Positions 12,273 to 24,276 are shown, counted from the stretch's first letter. The stretch: 64,000 nucleotides of DNA from Heteronotia binoei (GCF_032191835.1 NC_083238.1:34782001-34846000), one strand, 5' to 3'. Notes: generated by a model from the sequence alone, not told the origin. Numbers and translations: made by a program.

Positions 12273-13486
12273 AGAAGGCTTGCTGGTAGAAGACGCACTC
12301 CACAATGTGATCTCCTGTAATTGTGAATCTCATGCAATGCAAAAAGTTCACGCTGTCTTTCCGACCATTGATCGACTTCGGCGCAGACGCTGGAGCGGCG
12401 CCCACATGACACATAAGGGGCCGGAAGATTAATCTTTCCCCGGTTCATGGAGAAACTCGCTTTCTTCAGGCAAGTTCTCCAGAGACCACCTTGTTCAGAC
12501 CCTCCCCCCCCCCGCCCCCCACACATATACCTTTCCCACCTCCTACAACTGACCGTCCACCTTTTGGAATAAAAGATCTATTGAAAAGATCTATTTGGGG
12601 TTCCCTTCTGTGTTGGGGTCCTATAAAACAGCCGCAGAGTTTAAGCTCCCCCAAAGTTCCACTGCAGACGAGATGTCCAGACTGTGCGAAGGACTTCCGC
12701 CCACCTCCACCCCCGCCCTTCCCCTCCCGCCGCAAACTAACCGCGGGATCAGGAGCCCTTTTGGCTCAACAGACAAGTGGAAAGCGCGGTTCTCATTAGG
12801 AGAAAGGACTCCCTTTTCCGGCTAGATCTCCGTGCAATCTTCAGCCAAGCTGGACCAGCCACTCGTCATCCAACGAGAAGCGGAAGTGCTGCGGAAGGCT
12901 CTTCTCGCTGTCATCTGGCGCCCCCCTCTGTTGTCTCGCTGGCTTGAACAGCCTCGGTGTCCTCTCCCCCCCTCCTCCCCCCCCCCCCCACCGAGAGCTT
13001 GATAAAACTTCAGGGAGAGAAATTCACCTCTCTTCTTGCTGGCACAAAACTCCGCTAATTTGGAATCCTTAAGCGTGATGACGCGCCTTATAGACGTCAA
13101 TGGTATGCAGATGGATGGATCCCGCCTGCGTTTGCCTTTAGTCTCATCAAGTTCTCCTGCTTACCTACCACCACCACCACCCCTCCCCCCCATGGCTGAT
13201 CTCCATCCAGATCCATGACCACCCCTCTCCCCCTCAAGCCCAGCATAGCGTTTTTGGTGGTCAAAGAGAAATTCTCCCCCCCCACACACGCACACACTTT
13301 TCCACCAACACGCAAGCCGATTGGATCCGACTCACATACATTTATATGCTTATGCCTGTCTATGTGTACATGACATTTAGCAGCCGAAATGTGTATCCGT
13401 TAAGTGAGACGACCGAGTTTCCTCTTAGGTTCCCCGGTTTATTAGTGTCGTTTTAGATTTTGCGCCTTTTAGAGAATACCTATTAC

Positions 13487-13701
13487 CAGTGTTCCCTCTA
13501 AGCTGAGTTAGCGTGAGCTAGCTCACAGGTTTTTACCCTCCAGCTCACACGTTTTTGTCTCAGCTCAGGAAAAAATAGCTCCAGAGCACAATAATTTACG
13601 CAGCAGCTCCCAACTTTAATGCCACTAGCTCCCAACTTTAATATCAGTAGCTCACAAAGTATGATTTTTGCTCACAAGGCTGCAACTTAGAGGGAGCACT
13701 G
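13487..13701 (+). mobile_element. Family D hAT-like MITE, copy 1
   Basis: TIRs cagtgttccctctaag / cttagagggagcactg. The body (gctgagttagcgtgagctagctcacag...ttttgctcacaag) is shared with 5 other copies. Confidence 0.85.
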
Positions 13702-14805
13702 CCCACTCCCAGGGTTGACGTGCAGCCTCTTTGGAAGCGTGACCTCTGCGGGAGGGAGGGGGAAGTTTAGTACGCGCCATAAAAAGGAGTTTAATAATCA
13801 TCGGTTAAGCAGATATTAGGTAACGACATCGACCGCAATGCTCTCGCCTTAGCTGCGGCTCTCCAAAAAGGAAAAGGGAAAATAAATTTCCCTGGTATAT
13901 ACTACTAAAGCCTTGACTTGATACTTCCATTTCTAGACAAGCAGATTCATTGGCTAGAAGAACCTTTAGAACTCTTTAGCGTTCAGGGAAACTATTTCTT
14001 GGGGGTGAGAGCGGGAGGGTTCTAGCTGGTTTTTCAAAGTCCTCTTGGGAACGGCGAGAAGAGCCCAGAGACAGAAAGGGGAAGCTTCGCTGGGGAGTGT
14101 TTTCTCAGTGGTCCCTCTGAGTTGGCGTGGAGGTGCCGCGGCCCCGGAGCCAGGCTTCTCCCTCTCCCTCCATAACCCCCCACCAAGTCTGTCCCCTCGG
14201 ACATCAAAGGACAGGTGACCTCTGTTCGTTAAGCTTGTAGCTGAGCAGATCTCACGATTCCAAGAGGACCTCCAGTCCCCGGCGGGTTTGTTTTCTGACA
14301 GGGCCGGAGCATTCCTAACAGCAGCAGCAGGCCGAGTCAATATTGATTTGCCCGTCTTTACTGCGGGTCCTTTGAGGTGAAGGGCAGCGGCGGCTTTCTT
14401 GAGCCCGGGCAGGTAATAAAGGACAGCGTGCCAACCAAGACCGGGGTCGACAGCTGTCCGGACCCTCCCGGTGGCCAGCCTCTTCCGGGAGGAACTGGGT
14501 TTCACCTCCGGCGTCGGCAAGAAGAGGAAGGGTCAAGTGGAGGGGTCAACGCGCTGGTGTTTCTTTCCAAGCTTGGAGAAGAACCGGGGGTGTCCCTGAG
14601 CAACGCTAAGGAAGGTGGGCAAAGCAAGATCTACCCCCGTGGCTGGTCTGTGCCTGGCGTGGACCTCATAGGAATTTTGCTCAGGCCGATGATTTAACCC
14701 TAAATCTTTTGGACAGTGTTCCTCCTTGTTGTTTCCCACCTTAACCGTGGAAGGTGTGGGCCCGGGCATCCCACTGACTTGCAGTTCTCGCTTTCATAAT
14801 GATGC

Positions 14806-15000
14806 CAGTGTTCCCTCTGAGCTGAGTTAGCATGAGCTAGCTCAGTTTTTTTAGCCTCCGGCTCACATATTTTTGTCTTAGTTCAGGAAGGATGGCCCCG
14901 GAGAAGACTCATTTATGCAACAGCTCGCCACTTGAATGCCAGTAGCTCACAAAGTTAAATTCTTTTGCTCACAAGACTCCACAGCTTCGAAGGAGCGTCG
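14806..15000 (+). mobile_element. Family D hAT-like MITE, copy 2
   Basis: cagtgttccctctgagctgagttagcatgagctagctcag...ttttgctcacaagactccacagcttcgaaggagcgtcg. Confidence 0.85.
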
Positions 15001-15623
15001 GTGACGGATGTGTGTGAAAAATATGCAGCATATAATAATGCAACATATAATAAAGGCGTGCAACATGTGAAATAATACAAGGGAAAGTCCCGGGGCAGCT
15101 TATTGAGCTTACAACCTGCAATGAGAAAAAAGGTACTTAATTAAATGGAGATGATGGTGTAATAAAGTCATATGCCTACAAACATGAGGGTAATCCTAAA
15201 CCATTACAATAAATCTTTTTGCCATCAACTGGAATGGATCTCAAAGGCTCTTTCAGCCTCTCTGCTATGAAGCAGCAGCCTAGAAAAAAATGTGTCTCAG
15301 ATTTTTCTTTTCTTAGCCTTTAAAAAGAAATTCGCCTGTGCTGTCAAGGTATTTACCTCCCCCCGCCCCCTTCTGAGACTCCTAAAGAAAACAAAACCAG
15401 TCCTGGTTTTATTGACTTACTGGTAGACAACCGTAGCGGAAATTTTGTACTAATGCGACAGTTGCTTTTTCTCCCTGAGAACTCTCTTCCTTTTGCAGTA
15501 AAAATTCTTTTTAACCCAGATATTCGGAGAGGCTTCAGGTTTCGGGCTCGCATTCCGGGCAAGGGTCCAGCGAAAACTCGCGGTAGACAGACCAGCAGCT
15601 GAGCCGCGAACAGGAAAACTCGA

Positions 15624-15637
15624 GGGCCATCTAGTGG
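15624..15637 (-). promoter_or_regulatory. CTCF motif, Evx2-Hoxd13 intergenic
   Basis: Minus strand CCACTAGATGGCCC, 13/14 match to CCASYAGRKGGCRS. Confidence 0.7.
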
Positions 15638-18574
15638 CTGAGACTGGGAACTGAACCTTCGAAGGCCACCGCTGAAGAAGTCGAGGGCTTGTTGTAACGG
15701 GGAAGAAAGTCTCCCCAAGTTTGCCATTCACGGTTGCAAGCTTCGGTTTGGTTTTAAGCAGGCGACTGTTCGGAGGTTGTTGCTGCAACCATGGGTTGCA
15801 GGATCTGTTGCCCAGAGTTGAAAAAGGACTTCTTACCTTCCTAAACTGCAAGAAATGCTCTTTTCTTGGCGAGTTTGCAACTTGTGTTCATTCGGTTCGC
15901 CAAGAGATTTGCAATTCGGCTCCTGTGGGATGGGGAGTGTATCCCAAGGTGGACTGTGCAGGGCTGGAGAGGGGGGGGAGGGTAAGGTAGTTTCCCTACT
16001 CCCCTAACTTTCTGCTATACTTGATTGTGTTTTCTATGGTCTTTTCCTTCCCGGTGAATAGATGACAAAGGCAGGGGCGTTTAGAAGCAGCAAAATTCAA
16101 CGGGAAAGGGAGGGATGGGCTACCCGCCTGTGTGGCTGTTGCTACCAGATCTCTGCTGCCTGTCCTAGGGTTCCCAGTTCTACTCTTTTTAAAGAGCATG
16201 TCCTCTTTTTGGTGTCCGTTCTCTTTGGAACTCTTAAAAAAAACGAATGAAAATGTCCTCCTTTGGGATTGGAAGGTTAGGAATATTCCTAGTTAGTAGC
16301 ATTTACTGCAGCTTAAATAGTAGGGATATTTAAAACGGAGTTTGGCATAGGGATCACACGTTTGGAGTAGTCAGCTAGGAAATAGGTCCTCTTTTTTGCT
16401 TTTCGAAGTATGGTCACCCTAACCCGCACTATTGCGTTGGCAAGAATTGAACTTGCTCATTTCCAAACTCAGTCAATAGACAGGAATTTAAGGATGCCAA
16501 ACTCATGGAAAGGAGCTGACTTGAGTAAATTTTTCTCTAACTCTCCAGCTGAAATCTATAGGATTAGGAATGGGCCGTACCTCCGATATTTCGAGATTAT
16601 TTCTGATACCCAATCCTGTCCTAATATATGCTTTAAAGAACAAAGGTATCGTCCAAGTCCCTTTTCTTCCAGGTGTTTCGTTTTATACTGTCCCAGTGAT
16701 CCAGTCGGGGGCCTATTTCGATGCGCTTGCTTCATGTCCCCAACTGGACTCTATGGCGTAGAACAGGAGCTGGTTTGCATCCAGAATCAAGAAACTTTGG
16801 AGAGCCAGCCCGAGAAGGTGTGGCCCAATGACCCCTAGAGAATGAAGACTCCATCCCGTTGCCCAAGTGTTGGGGGCTCGTGCCAAACCTCTCTGGCGTG
16901 GAGTCCTGTTCTTAACCAAACCCCATGCAGCTGGGTTGCTTTACGCAAATGAGTGGCCGCAACAAAATGCGGGCGATCGAAGCCTGGTTCTTTTCGCCAT
17001 GGAATGTGCAGTTCCCGACCTCTAAGGCCCTCAATCTCTGCTCAGATCTTTTGTGCTCCCGCACCAGCGTTTCGGGCTGATAACGAATTAAAACAATAGT
17101 CAGCGAATAATAAACAGTTAATGGGTGGGTGACAGCAACGGACCTATTTTGAATATATTCTATACCCTCTTCTCCGAGCCTCCAACGCATCCGATGAATA
17201 TTCGCCAATCAGGCCCAGCTTCTTTTAAAACAGACACACACACACACACACAAGCAATTGTCTGTAACTCCAAAGCATCCGAATGGTACCTGAAGCGGAT
17301 TCGGATTCGCAATTGGCGTGATGCCCACCGTCTTGCCTCCGCCGTGATAGAATCATCGGGACCCACTTGGATCCTAAGTGTATTATGAAGTCTCACATCT
17401 GTGGAACTAGTTTCCCGGCAATGTGTTTCTAAGAGGCGGGTGCCAAAAAGATAGGCATCGAAACGAAGGAGGAAATTCTCCGAATCCAAACTCCTGAATT
17501 GAGTTCTGCTATCTGTGGTAGGAAGTCTTAAGAGTGCCCGGCGACTTGGAAGTTAGCGCCAGGGGAATACTTTGAAGCTTGCCTTGTCTCAAACGAATGT
17601 GTCTAGATGGGGCGGGGGGGGGGGGGGGAGATAAAGGAGGCCGCGGAGAGATGAGAAAGATTAAAATGGCAAGCGCCTTGCTTAATTAGGAAATGGCTCC
17701 GCATAGCTGTTCGGTTAGTCGCCCTGTATGTTTGGGGGGAAATGAGATAATTTCTTCTAAAAACATAAATCTCAATCACCTCCCCTCCTCTTCCCTCGTT
17801 TTCAGGAACCTCCATTCATTTCTCTGGATATTTCCAGAGACAGCTGGGGGTGGGGGAATGGTTTATCCTGATGCCTGGATGGAAAATGTAATGTGGATCT
17901 ATATGATGTCAAGCGCCACACACCCCGAGTAAATGCCAAAGGCGTGCGTGGAAGGGCGGAGGGGCGGGTGTCTGGGCAAGGCAAAATAGTCAGGAAAGAT
18001 GCCGTTGCCCCTGCACGGGGACGCCCTGATACCACGGCAAAGCGGGCCTGCTCCAACCGGGCAAGATGTTTTCGGAGAGTTTCGAAAGAGAAGAAATCGG
18101 CGAGGGTGGCCTGAATGACGCAAGTCTGGAAAAGTCGCTGCCATTCTCCTGCTCCCCCTCCCCTCCATTCTCTTGAAGATCAAGGTCATCCCGACCTCTC
18201 CGTCTTCCAGCCGTAACCGTGAATCAGCCCAGAGACTTGGGTCACCTGGAATGTCTCAACCTCTCCAGGGCAACAAGTTGCGCCAAGCGATGAAAGGCTC
18301 GCGCTGGCGGGGTGTGGGGGAGGGGGAGGGGGGGTGCTTGCCGTTCTGGATTCCCCACCCCCTTCCCTGGTGAGCTCATTGTTTGCATTCCCATGCACAG
18401 CATCCTGCCCCACATTTCTACACACCTCACCAAAAAGGGAGAAAAAAGAGAGAGTCAGCGAATTGGTCTCTCTCTCCAGGCCTGCTGGACCGCAGTGAGC
18501 TAGGCGATGGTCTAGCAGCTAGGCGATGGTCCAGCAGCGGTAGAGAGTCTCAGGCGATTCTCAGTGATCCTATC

Positions 18575-18969
18575 CAGTGTTCCCTCTAAGCTGATAGTTC
18601 CAGGTGGGCAGCCGTGTTGGTCTGAAGCAGTAAAACAAAGTAGGAGTCAAGTGGCACCTTTAAGACCAACAAAGTTTTATTCAGAATGTAAGCTTTCGTG
18701 TGCTCTAAGCACACGAAAGCTTACATTCTGAATAAAACTTTGTTGGTCTTAAAGGTGCCACTTGACTCCTACTTTGTTCCCTCTGAGCTAAGTTAGTGTG
18801 AGCTTGCTCATGGTTCTTTAGCCTCCGGCTCATCCATTTTTTTGTCTTAGCTCAGGGGAAATTGGCCCCAGAGCAAACGAATTTCTGCAGTAGCTCAAAG
18901 CTTTCATGCCAGTAACTCACAAAGTAGAATTTTTGCTCACAGGACTTCACAGCTTAGAGTGGGTTGGAG
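18575..18969 (+). mobile_element. Family D hAT-like MITE, copy 3, interrupted by a Penelope-like insertion
   Basis: cagtgttccctctaagctga at 18575 is broken off. The element restarts as tgttccctctgagctaagttagtgtgagc at 18775 and runs to ...ctcacaggacttcacagcttagag. Confidence 0.85.
18595..18778. mobile_element. Family E Penelope-like element terminus, perfect 71-bp inverted repeat
   Basis: ggcagccgtgttggtctgaag...ggcacctttaagaccaacaaag...aagctttcgtg matches my recollection of reptile Penelope-like pseudo-LTR ends. Arms 18634-18704 and 18708-18778 are exact reverse complements with a 3-nt loop (cta). Confidence 0.8.
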
Positions 18970-19430
18970 GCGGCACGATCCGGGCACAATTTGAGCTACG
19001 CTGATGTCAAAGGAAGAAGGGGGGGGGGAGCGCCTGGATGGCATCTTTTTGGTCGGACCGGGGCAACAGCCCCTGTTATTCTCGCTTGTTTGCTTGTTTA
19101 GGGCGGGAATAGAATCGAGTTGCAGGAGCACTTTCGTCCTAAATCGCTGGGCAGTCTAGCCAAGCCACAAACCCCCATGCTTGCCGTTTTTAAGGTGCGC
19201 CAAGGAGGAATTCCGAAGGAGGAGACGGCGTCCGGCAGCGCAATTCTAAAAACCCCTTTCCTAAGCCCCCAAGACCTGAGTAGGACTCTGAGTAGACCGG
19301 TTTAGGATTTCTCTCCTATACATCTCAATGCTTTTTTTAAAAAAGTTCCAAACTCTGCGCAACTGCGTTAGACTGGGGCGAGGGGCGGGGGAGTGTAGAA
19401 TTCGCCTTCGTGGAAGAAATCATGGTGATG

Positions 19431-19657
19431 GTACTTTTCTCCCTTTCTCACAATACAAGAACTCGTGGGCATTCAATGAAATTGCTGAGCAGTCAGGTTA
19501 AAACGGATAAAAGGAAGTACTTCTTCACCCAAAGGGTGATTAACATGTGGAATTCACTGCCACAGGAGGTGGTGGCGGCTACAAGCCTAGCCAGCTTTAA
19601 GAGGGGATTGTATAAAAATATGGAGCAGAGGTCCATCAGTGGCTATTAGCCACAGCA

Positions 19658-19701
<44 letters not shown>

Positions 19702-19783
19702 TGTGTGGCCACTATGTGACACAGAGTGTTGAACTGGATGGCCTGATCCAACATGGCTTCTCTTATGATCTTATGTTGTTATG
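19431..19783 (+). mobile_element. CR1 LINE 3' end (ORF2 C-terminus, 3' UTR and microsatellite tail)
   Basis: RTRGHSMKL...KRKYFFTQRVINMWNSLPQEVV...SFKRGL is the CR1 ORF2 C-terminal signature. It is followed by the 3' UTR with (GT)n, ...ctggatggcctgatccaacatggc and a (tcttatg)n-like tail. 5'-truncated. Confidence 0.93.
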
Positions 19784-20315
19784 TTGTTGTTTTAATGGGT
19801 GCTTTGAGTAACCACTTCCTAATTGCCCGCCACCTTACACACCCTGGGTTGGTCTGAAGGGCAGGACAGAGCGACCTTCGTCAGTCTCCCTCGCAGGCCG
19901 GGCGAGGTTGGCTGGGAGCGGCCGGGTCGTGGGAAGGCCGCGACCGAGGCCTGGTGCGGAACTGGGGACTCGCGCTGGTTTCCAGCCGCTTGACGCTGCC
20001 ACCGCTCGGGCGTTCCTCACCTTTCGCTCAGAACCTGGCCGCGTGTCATGAGGAGGGCCGCAAACCCGGGTGGGAAAGAGCTGTTCAAAGCAGCGCGGAG
20101 ACCAGCCTTGGCGCGCCTTTCCCTTCTCCAAAGGGCTCCGAGATGCCGCCGCCGGCAAATTGGGTTGTGCGCGGGGTCAGCTTTGAATTCCGCTGGAGTC
20201 CCGGAACCAACCGAAAGTCCGGTTCCCTGCCCGGACCCCCCTCTCTTCCCTCTTTCGCTTCTTTTAAAGCCCTCCCGCCTGATTTAATTCCGCATGTAGG
20301 GAATCAAGGGGGGCG

Positions 20316-20425
20316 GGGTGTCCACACTACACTAAGCAATGCATTTTGCAACTGGATTTTTGCTATTCTTATGCAGTAACAATCCAGTTGCGAAGCACAT
20401 TATTTAGTGTAGTGTGAATACACCC
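20316..20425. mobile_element. Family B short palindromic MITE (Harbinger-like), copy 1
   Basis: gggtgtccacactacactaagcaatgcattttgcaactggattttt-gctattcttatgcagta-acaatccagttgcgaagcacattatttagtgtagtgtgaatacaccc. Confidence 0.8.
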
Positions 20426-20837
20426 AAGGAATCTAAACCCGCATCCTCGCAAATGCCTTCGAGGACTTGGACTTCCAGGGGCCTTGATTAACCCTGCCCA
20501 TTGGAGGTCTCTCCCCCTTGGTTCTCGCTGGGCCGCCTGCAAGAGAAGAACCGAAAGAATTTTCGGCACACTTCGCTTTATTTTGGGGCGTGTGAAGGCT
20601 GATTTTGTTTTATTCTTTTATGGCCTGTTGTTCGGTGTTGGCCGTGACCAAGTAAATACCCAAGCCAGAGACCAAAATAGGTCGAGAAGCTTCTTCAAAC
20701 GCGGGCTTCTCTCTGAATTCAAAGACCCTTCACGAATTTCGGTCGAATTTGTCTCCACGAGAATCTCAGCCCCGAGGCCTTAGCGATGAGCGGAGGTAGC
20801 CCTCGCCTGAGCAAACTGGCAGAGATTAATTCAGGCG

Positions 20838-21005
20838 GGTCTGAAGCAGCAAAATTCGAGTCCAGCGGGACCTTTAAGACCACCGAAGTTAAAATTCTGG
20901 CTATGAGCTTTCCTGTGCATGCATCTGATGAAGTGCATCTACTCACCAAACTTTATGCCCAGAATTAAACTTTGTTGGTCTTAAAGGGGCCACTGGACTC
21001 AAACT
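20838..21005. mobile_element. Family E Penelope-like inverted-repeat fragment with hammerhead relic
   Basis: Left arm gagtccagcgggacctttaagacc..., right arm ...ggtcttaaaggggccactggactc. The central gcatCTGATGAagtg...cacCAAActttatgc lies at 20921-20958. Confidence 0.75.
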
Positions 21006-21021
21006 TCGTGGTAGAGATGAG

Positions 21022-21130
21022 GGCTGCGGTCACGCAAGCTAAATAATCCACTTTCAGTCTGGATTTTACTGTGTGAACTGGCAGCATCCAGTGGGAAAAT
21101 GCATCGAATTGTTTCCTGTGTGTGATTTGC
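21022..21130 (+). mobile_element. Family A MITE, copy 3 (decayed)
   Basis: ggctgcggtcacgcaagctaaataat...ctggattttactgtgtgaactggcagcatccagt...tgtgtgtgatttgc. Confidence 0.7.
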
Positions 21131-21398
21131 TTCAGAATAAAATGTGGACGATGGCGCTGGGAGGCTCAGATTCTATCCACACTTCACTTGACCGTTTGCC
21201 TTAACGGGCCTCACCCTCCCAGGGAAACAACCCAAACATCTGCAAAGGGACACGATTCAGGCAGGCCTAGGGTGCCAAGTCATGCGGGTGACCTGCAGCT
21301 CCATCCCCTGCGTGGCAAATCGGAAGAAACCCCCACCAATAGCCCTCGGAGCTTAGTCCGGAATTAAGGGCGCCTAGGGAGGCAGCCTTAGGAACAAG

Positions 21399-21549
21399 GG
21401 CTGCAATCTCACACACCAAATAACGCACTTTCGATCCACTTTCAGTGCACTTTCCAACAGGATTTTAATGTGCGAACTGGCGGGACACAGCTGTAAAGAG
21501 CCCTGCAAGTGGATCGAAAGTGCATTGTTTAGTGTCTGTGATCACAGCC
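21399..21549 (+). mobile_element. Family A MITE, copy 4
   Basis: ggctgcaatctcacacaccaaataacgcactttcgatccac...gtggatcgaaagtgcattgtttagtgtctgtgatcacagcc. Confidence 0.85.
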
Positions 21550-22940
21550 AAGGAGTCCACCCCTCTGGCTTTGGCACTGAGCCGCCGTGCGGTCTAAACG
21601 CCCCTGCAAGGCTAACTTCGAAGCGCCGGAGCCTACTTACCACTGTGAAGATCAGATCTGCCCCCCCCCTCCCTCGCCGTCACCCTGCGTGGACATCTGA
21701 GCCCTTCGCCAAGCTGACCCCAGCCCACCGTCCTCTACTGCCTGGACCTCAAGGAAAGGATGCAGGAAGCTGGTTTCTTGGTTTGTCTAATTCAATGCAT
21801 ATCCCGCCCTACCCCGCAAGCGCCCTAGGGGGTGGGGGAACCCAATTCCTAGTGAATCCTCAGCAAGGAGGGGAAGTCTATAGGAGTGGGGCGGGCGCAG
21901 GAGGTCGACCGGCTCTTGAGGTCTAGTTTTTCCAATATTGTTGCTCCTTTAGAGGTTTGGGTGCTCTCTGTCTTGACGCCAACGTAGGTTGCCTTCAAAG
22001 CAGCCCAAAAAGTTAACCAGGCGCGACCTACTACTGAGGAAAGCTGCCATCACGGCGTGCCCACAGGCTAAAGGGAAGATTTTAAGAATTGCGCTTTGGT
22101 GCACTCCAGAAAACACCGCTTTGGGGAACTGCGATTGGATCTCCCCAAATAACCCATTCAACAGTTAGAGAGGAGCAAGTTAGGGGTGGGGGGACAGAGC
22201 CGGGCTGTGGGGGGGGGGGAGTGGTCTGGATGGCCAGAGGGAAAGGTCGCCAGTCACCACTGGACTTCTTCCAGCCTTGGGCCTTTTCGCTATGTGGACT
22301 GGCGCGGGTGGCGGCAACCACAAGAACCACCAAACTCTCTTCCTGCCTCCCTCCTCCTCCTTTCCGAATCGGGTCCCTCCTTGGCCAAAACCGCCGACCC
22401 AGTTGGTTTGACTCCGGTCTATGCAGAGAGGAAAGCAAGGGGGAGGGGGGGTGTGTGGAGAGAGAGGAGGGAGGGGGGGCGGCGGAGAGCGCAAAGGCGT
22501 CGGGATTCCTCCATCCCGCCTGCTTCAAATGATGTGGCAGGTCCCGTCCAAGGGCGGGGGAGGGTCGGCCCGGGGCTCTTACTATGTAAATCTTATTTCA
22601 ACCTCCCCCCCCCTCCAAGCCCGCACGTTTCCTCCTCGATCCACACCCAGCCGCCGACACCAGCGCGGCGCAGCTTCGTGGCTTGCTGAAGTTCCCGGAT
22701 AGACAAACATGAGCTTTTTTGGGGACACACACACAGCTTGGCATTGGCTGCGCGCACACACACACAGAGTCACCGCTCCCCCCCCCCCCCCAAAAAAAGC
22801 TTTGTTCCGCCTTCCAGCCGCTGCAGGAGCTCCCAGGACAAGCGGAGACCTGGGAGGGGGGCGTTAGGGGGCTCCGAGGGGGCGGCGAGAGGCTCCTTCG
22901 CAGGCGCAGCGCCCCCCCTTGCCGGTGGCCGGGTCAGGGT

Positions 22941-23037
22941 CACGTGGGCCGCAGCGTCCAATAGGGGGAGGCCGGTGGGGCTCCCTGTAGAGCCCGGCGC
23001 CGCTGCCCCCTCCCCGCGCGGCCTTGGTTCTTATAAG
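22941..23037 (+). promoter_or_regulatory. Hoxd13 proximal promoter motifs
   Basis: E-box CACGTG (22941), CCAAT (22958) and TATA-like TATAAG (23032) within a CpG island, about 190 bp upstream of the ATG. Confidence 0.6.
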
Positions 23038-23143
23038 GCATCCAGAGCGCGGCGAGCGAGAGGCCGCCGTCCCTCCTTCCTTCCGTCCGTGAGCCGCTCA
23101 ACCCGCCGCCCGGCCGCCCCTTCTGCTGGCCCGCCCGCCCGCC

Positions 23144-23230
23144 ATGAGCTCCGCTGCTGGGCCGTCGCTGAGCCGAGACGGGGAGGAGGAGGCTGCGGCG
23201 GGCGGGCGGCGGGGCTGCGGGGCGGCATGA
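23144..23230 (+). other. Upstream ORF (28 aa) whose stop overlaps the Hoxd13 start (ATGA)
   Basis: cccgccATGa at 23144 with G at -3. [28 protein letters not shown] then TGA at 23228-23230. Confidence 0.55.
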
Positions 23231-23980
23231 GCCGAGCGGCGGGCGGCTGGGAGATGGAGGGGCTGCGGGGCGAGGCGGGCGGGAGCGGCCAGTGCCGCAA
23301 TTTCCTCTCGGCGGCGCCCGTCTTCGGGGCGGCGCCGTCAGGGCGGCAGGCGGGCGCGGGGGGCTTCGGGTACGAGCGCTCGGGCGCGGTGGCGGCGGGG
23401 GGGACGGGAGGGGCGCGCTCCTCGTCCTCTTCCTCGGAGGCCGGCCCGGCCAAGGACTGCTCCAGCGGGCCCCCGACGGCGGCTCCCTCGGCCTCTTCCA
23501 CCGCTGCCGCTGCAGCGGCCGCCGCCGCCCTGGGCTACCACGCGGGCTACCACCCCTTCGGCAACGGCTACTACAGCTGCCGCATGGCGCACGGCGTGGG
23601 ACTCCAGCAGAACGCCGCCCTCAAGGCCTCGCCCCACGCCGCCCCCTTCCCCGGCGAGAAGTACATGGACGTGGCCAGCCTGGCCGCCGGCACCAGCGTC
23701 CCCTCCGGCAGCGACCCCGTCGCCTCGCGGGCCAAGGACGTCTCCTTCTACCAGGGCTACGCCGCTGCCGCCGCCGCCGCAGGACCCTACCAGCACGTGC
23801 CCGCCGGCTACCTGGACGTCGTCTCCACCTTCGGCTCGGCGGCCGGAGAGCCTCGCCACGAAACCTACATCTCCATGGAGGGCTACCAGTCCTGGACGCT
23901 GGCCAACGGCTGGAACGGGCAGGTGTACTGCGCCAAGGACCAGGGCCAAGGATCCCACTTCTGGAAGTCCTCCTTCCCAG
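23227..23980 (+). CDS. Hoxd13: Hoxd13 exon 1 (join 23227-23980, 25734-25984; 334 aa)
   Basis: [16 protein letters not shown]...[20 protein letters not shown]...EKYMDV...[44 protein letters not shown]. Donor CCAG|gtagga, phase 1. Confidence 0.97.
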
Positions 23981-24276
23981 GTAGGACAGGGCACGGCAGG
24001 GGGGCGGCGGAGGGTCCTTCTTCCAACTGCCCCCACCCCCAAAAAAGAGAGGCCCAGAGAAGGAACTGCTGCTGCTCTCCCTCCCTTCCTCCCTGCGCGC
24101 CTTCCAGGCTTCCTCGGAAGTCCCGCGCTCCGACCCTGCAGTTCCCAAGGACTCTCCCCTGCCAGAGGCTTTGTTGTGCCTCCTCCAGCTGCGCATGCTT
24201 ACTCGGAAGGCCTTCTCCTCCGCACCGCGGGGCTTACTCCCAAGGTTCAGCTCCTGCAACCCTGGGCCGTCCCTTG

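Noticed and set aside
16410-16838. 142-aa ORF in the Evx2-Hoxd13 interval
   Set aside because: There is no recognisable homology or splice context, and the length is within chance expectation.
22738-23226. 163-codon in-frame extension upstream of Hoxd13
   Set aside because: It begins at TTG upstream of the promoter motifs and TATA-like box, has no in-frame ATG, and is explained by GC richness.
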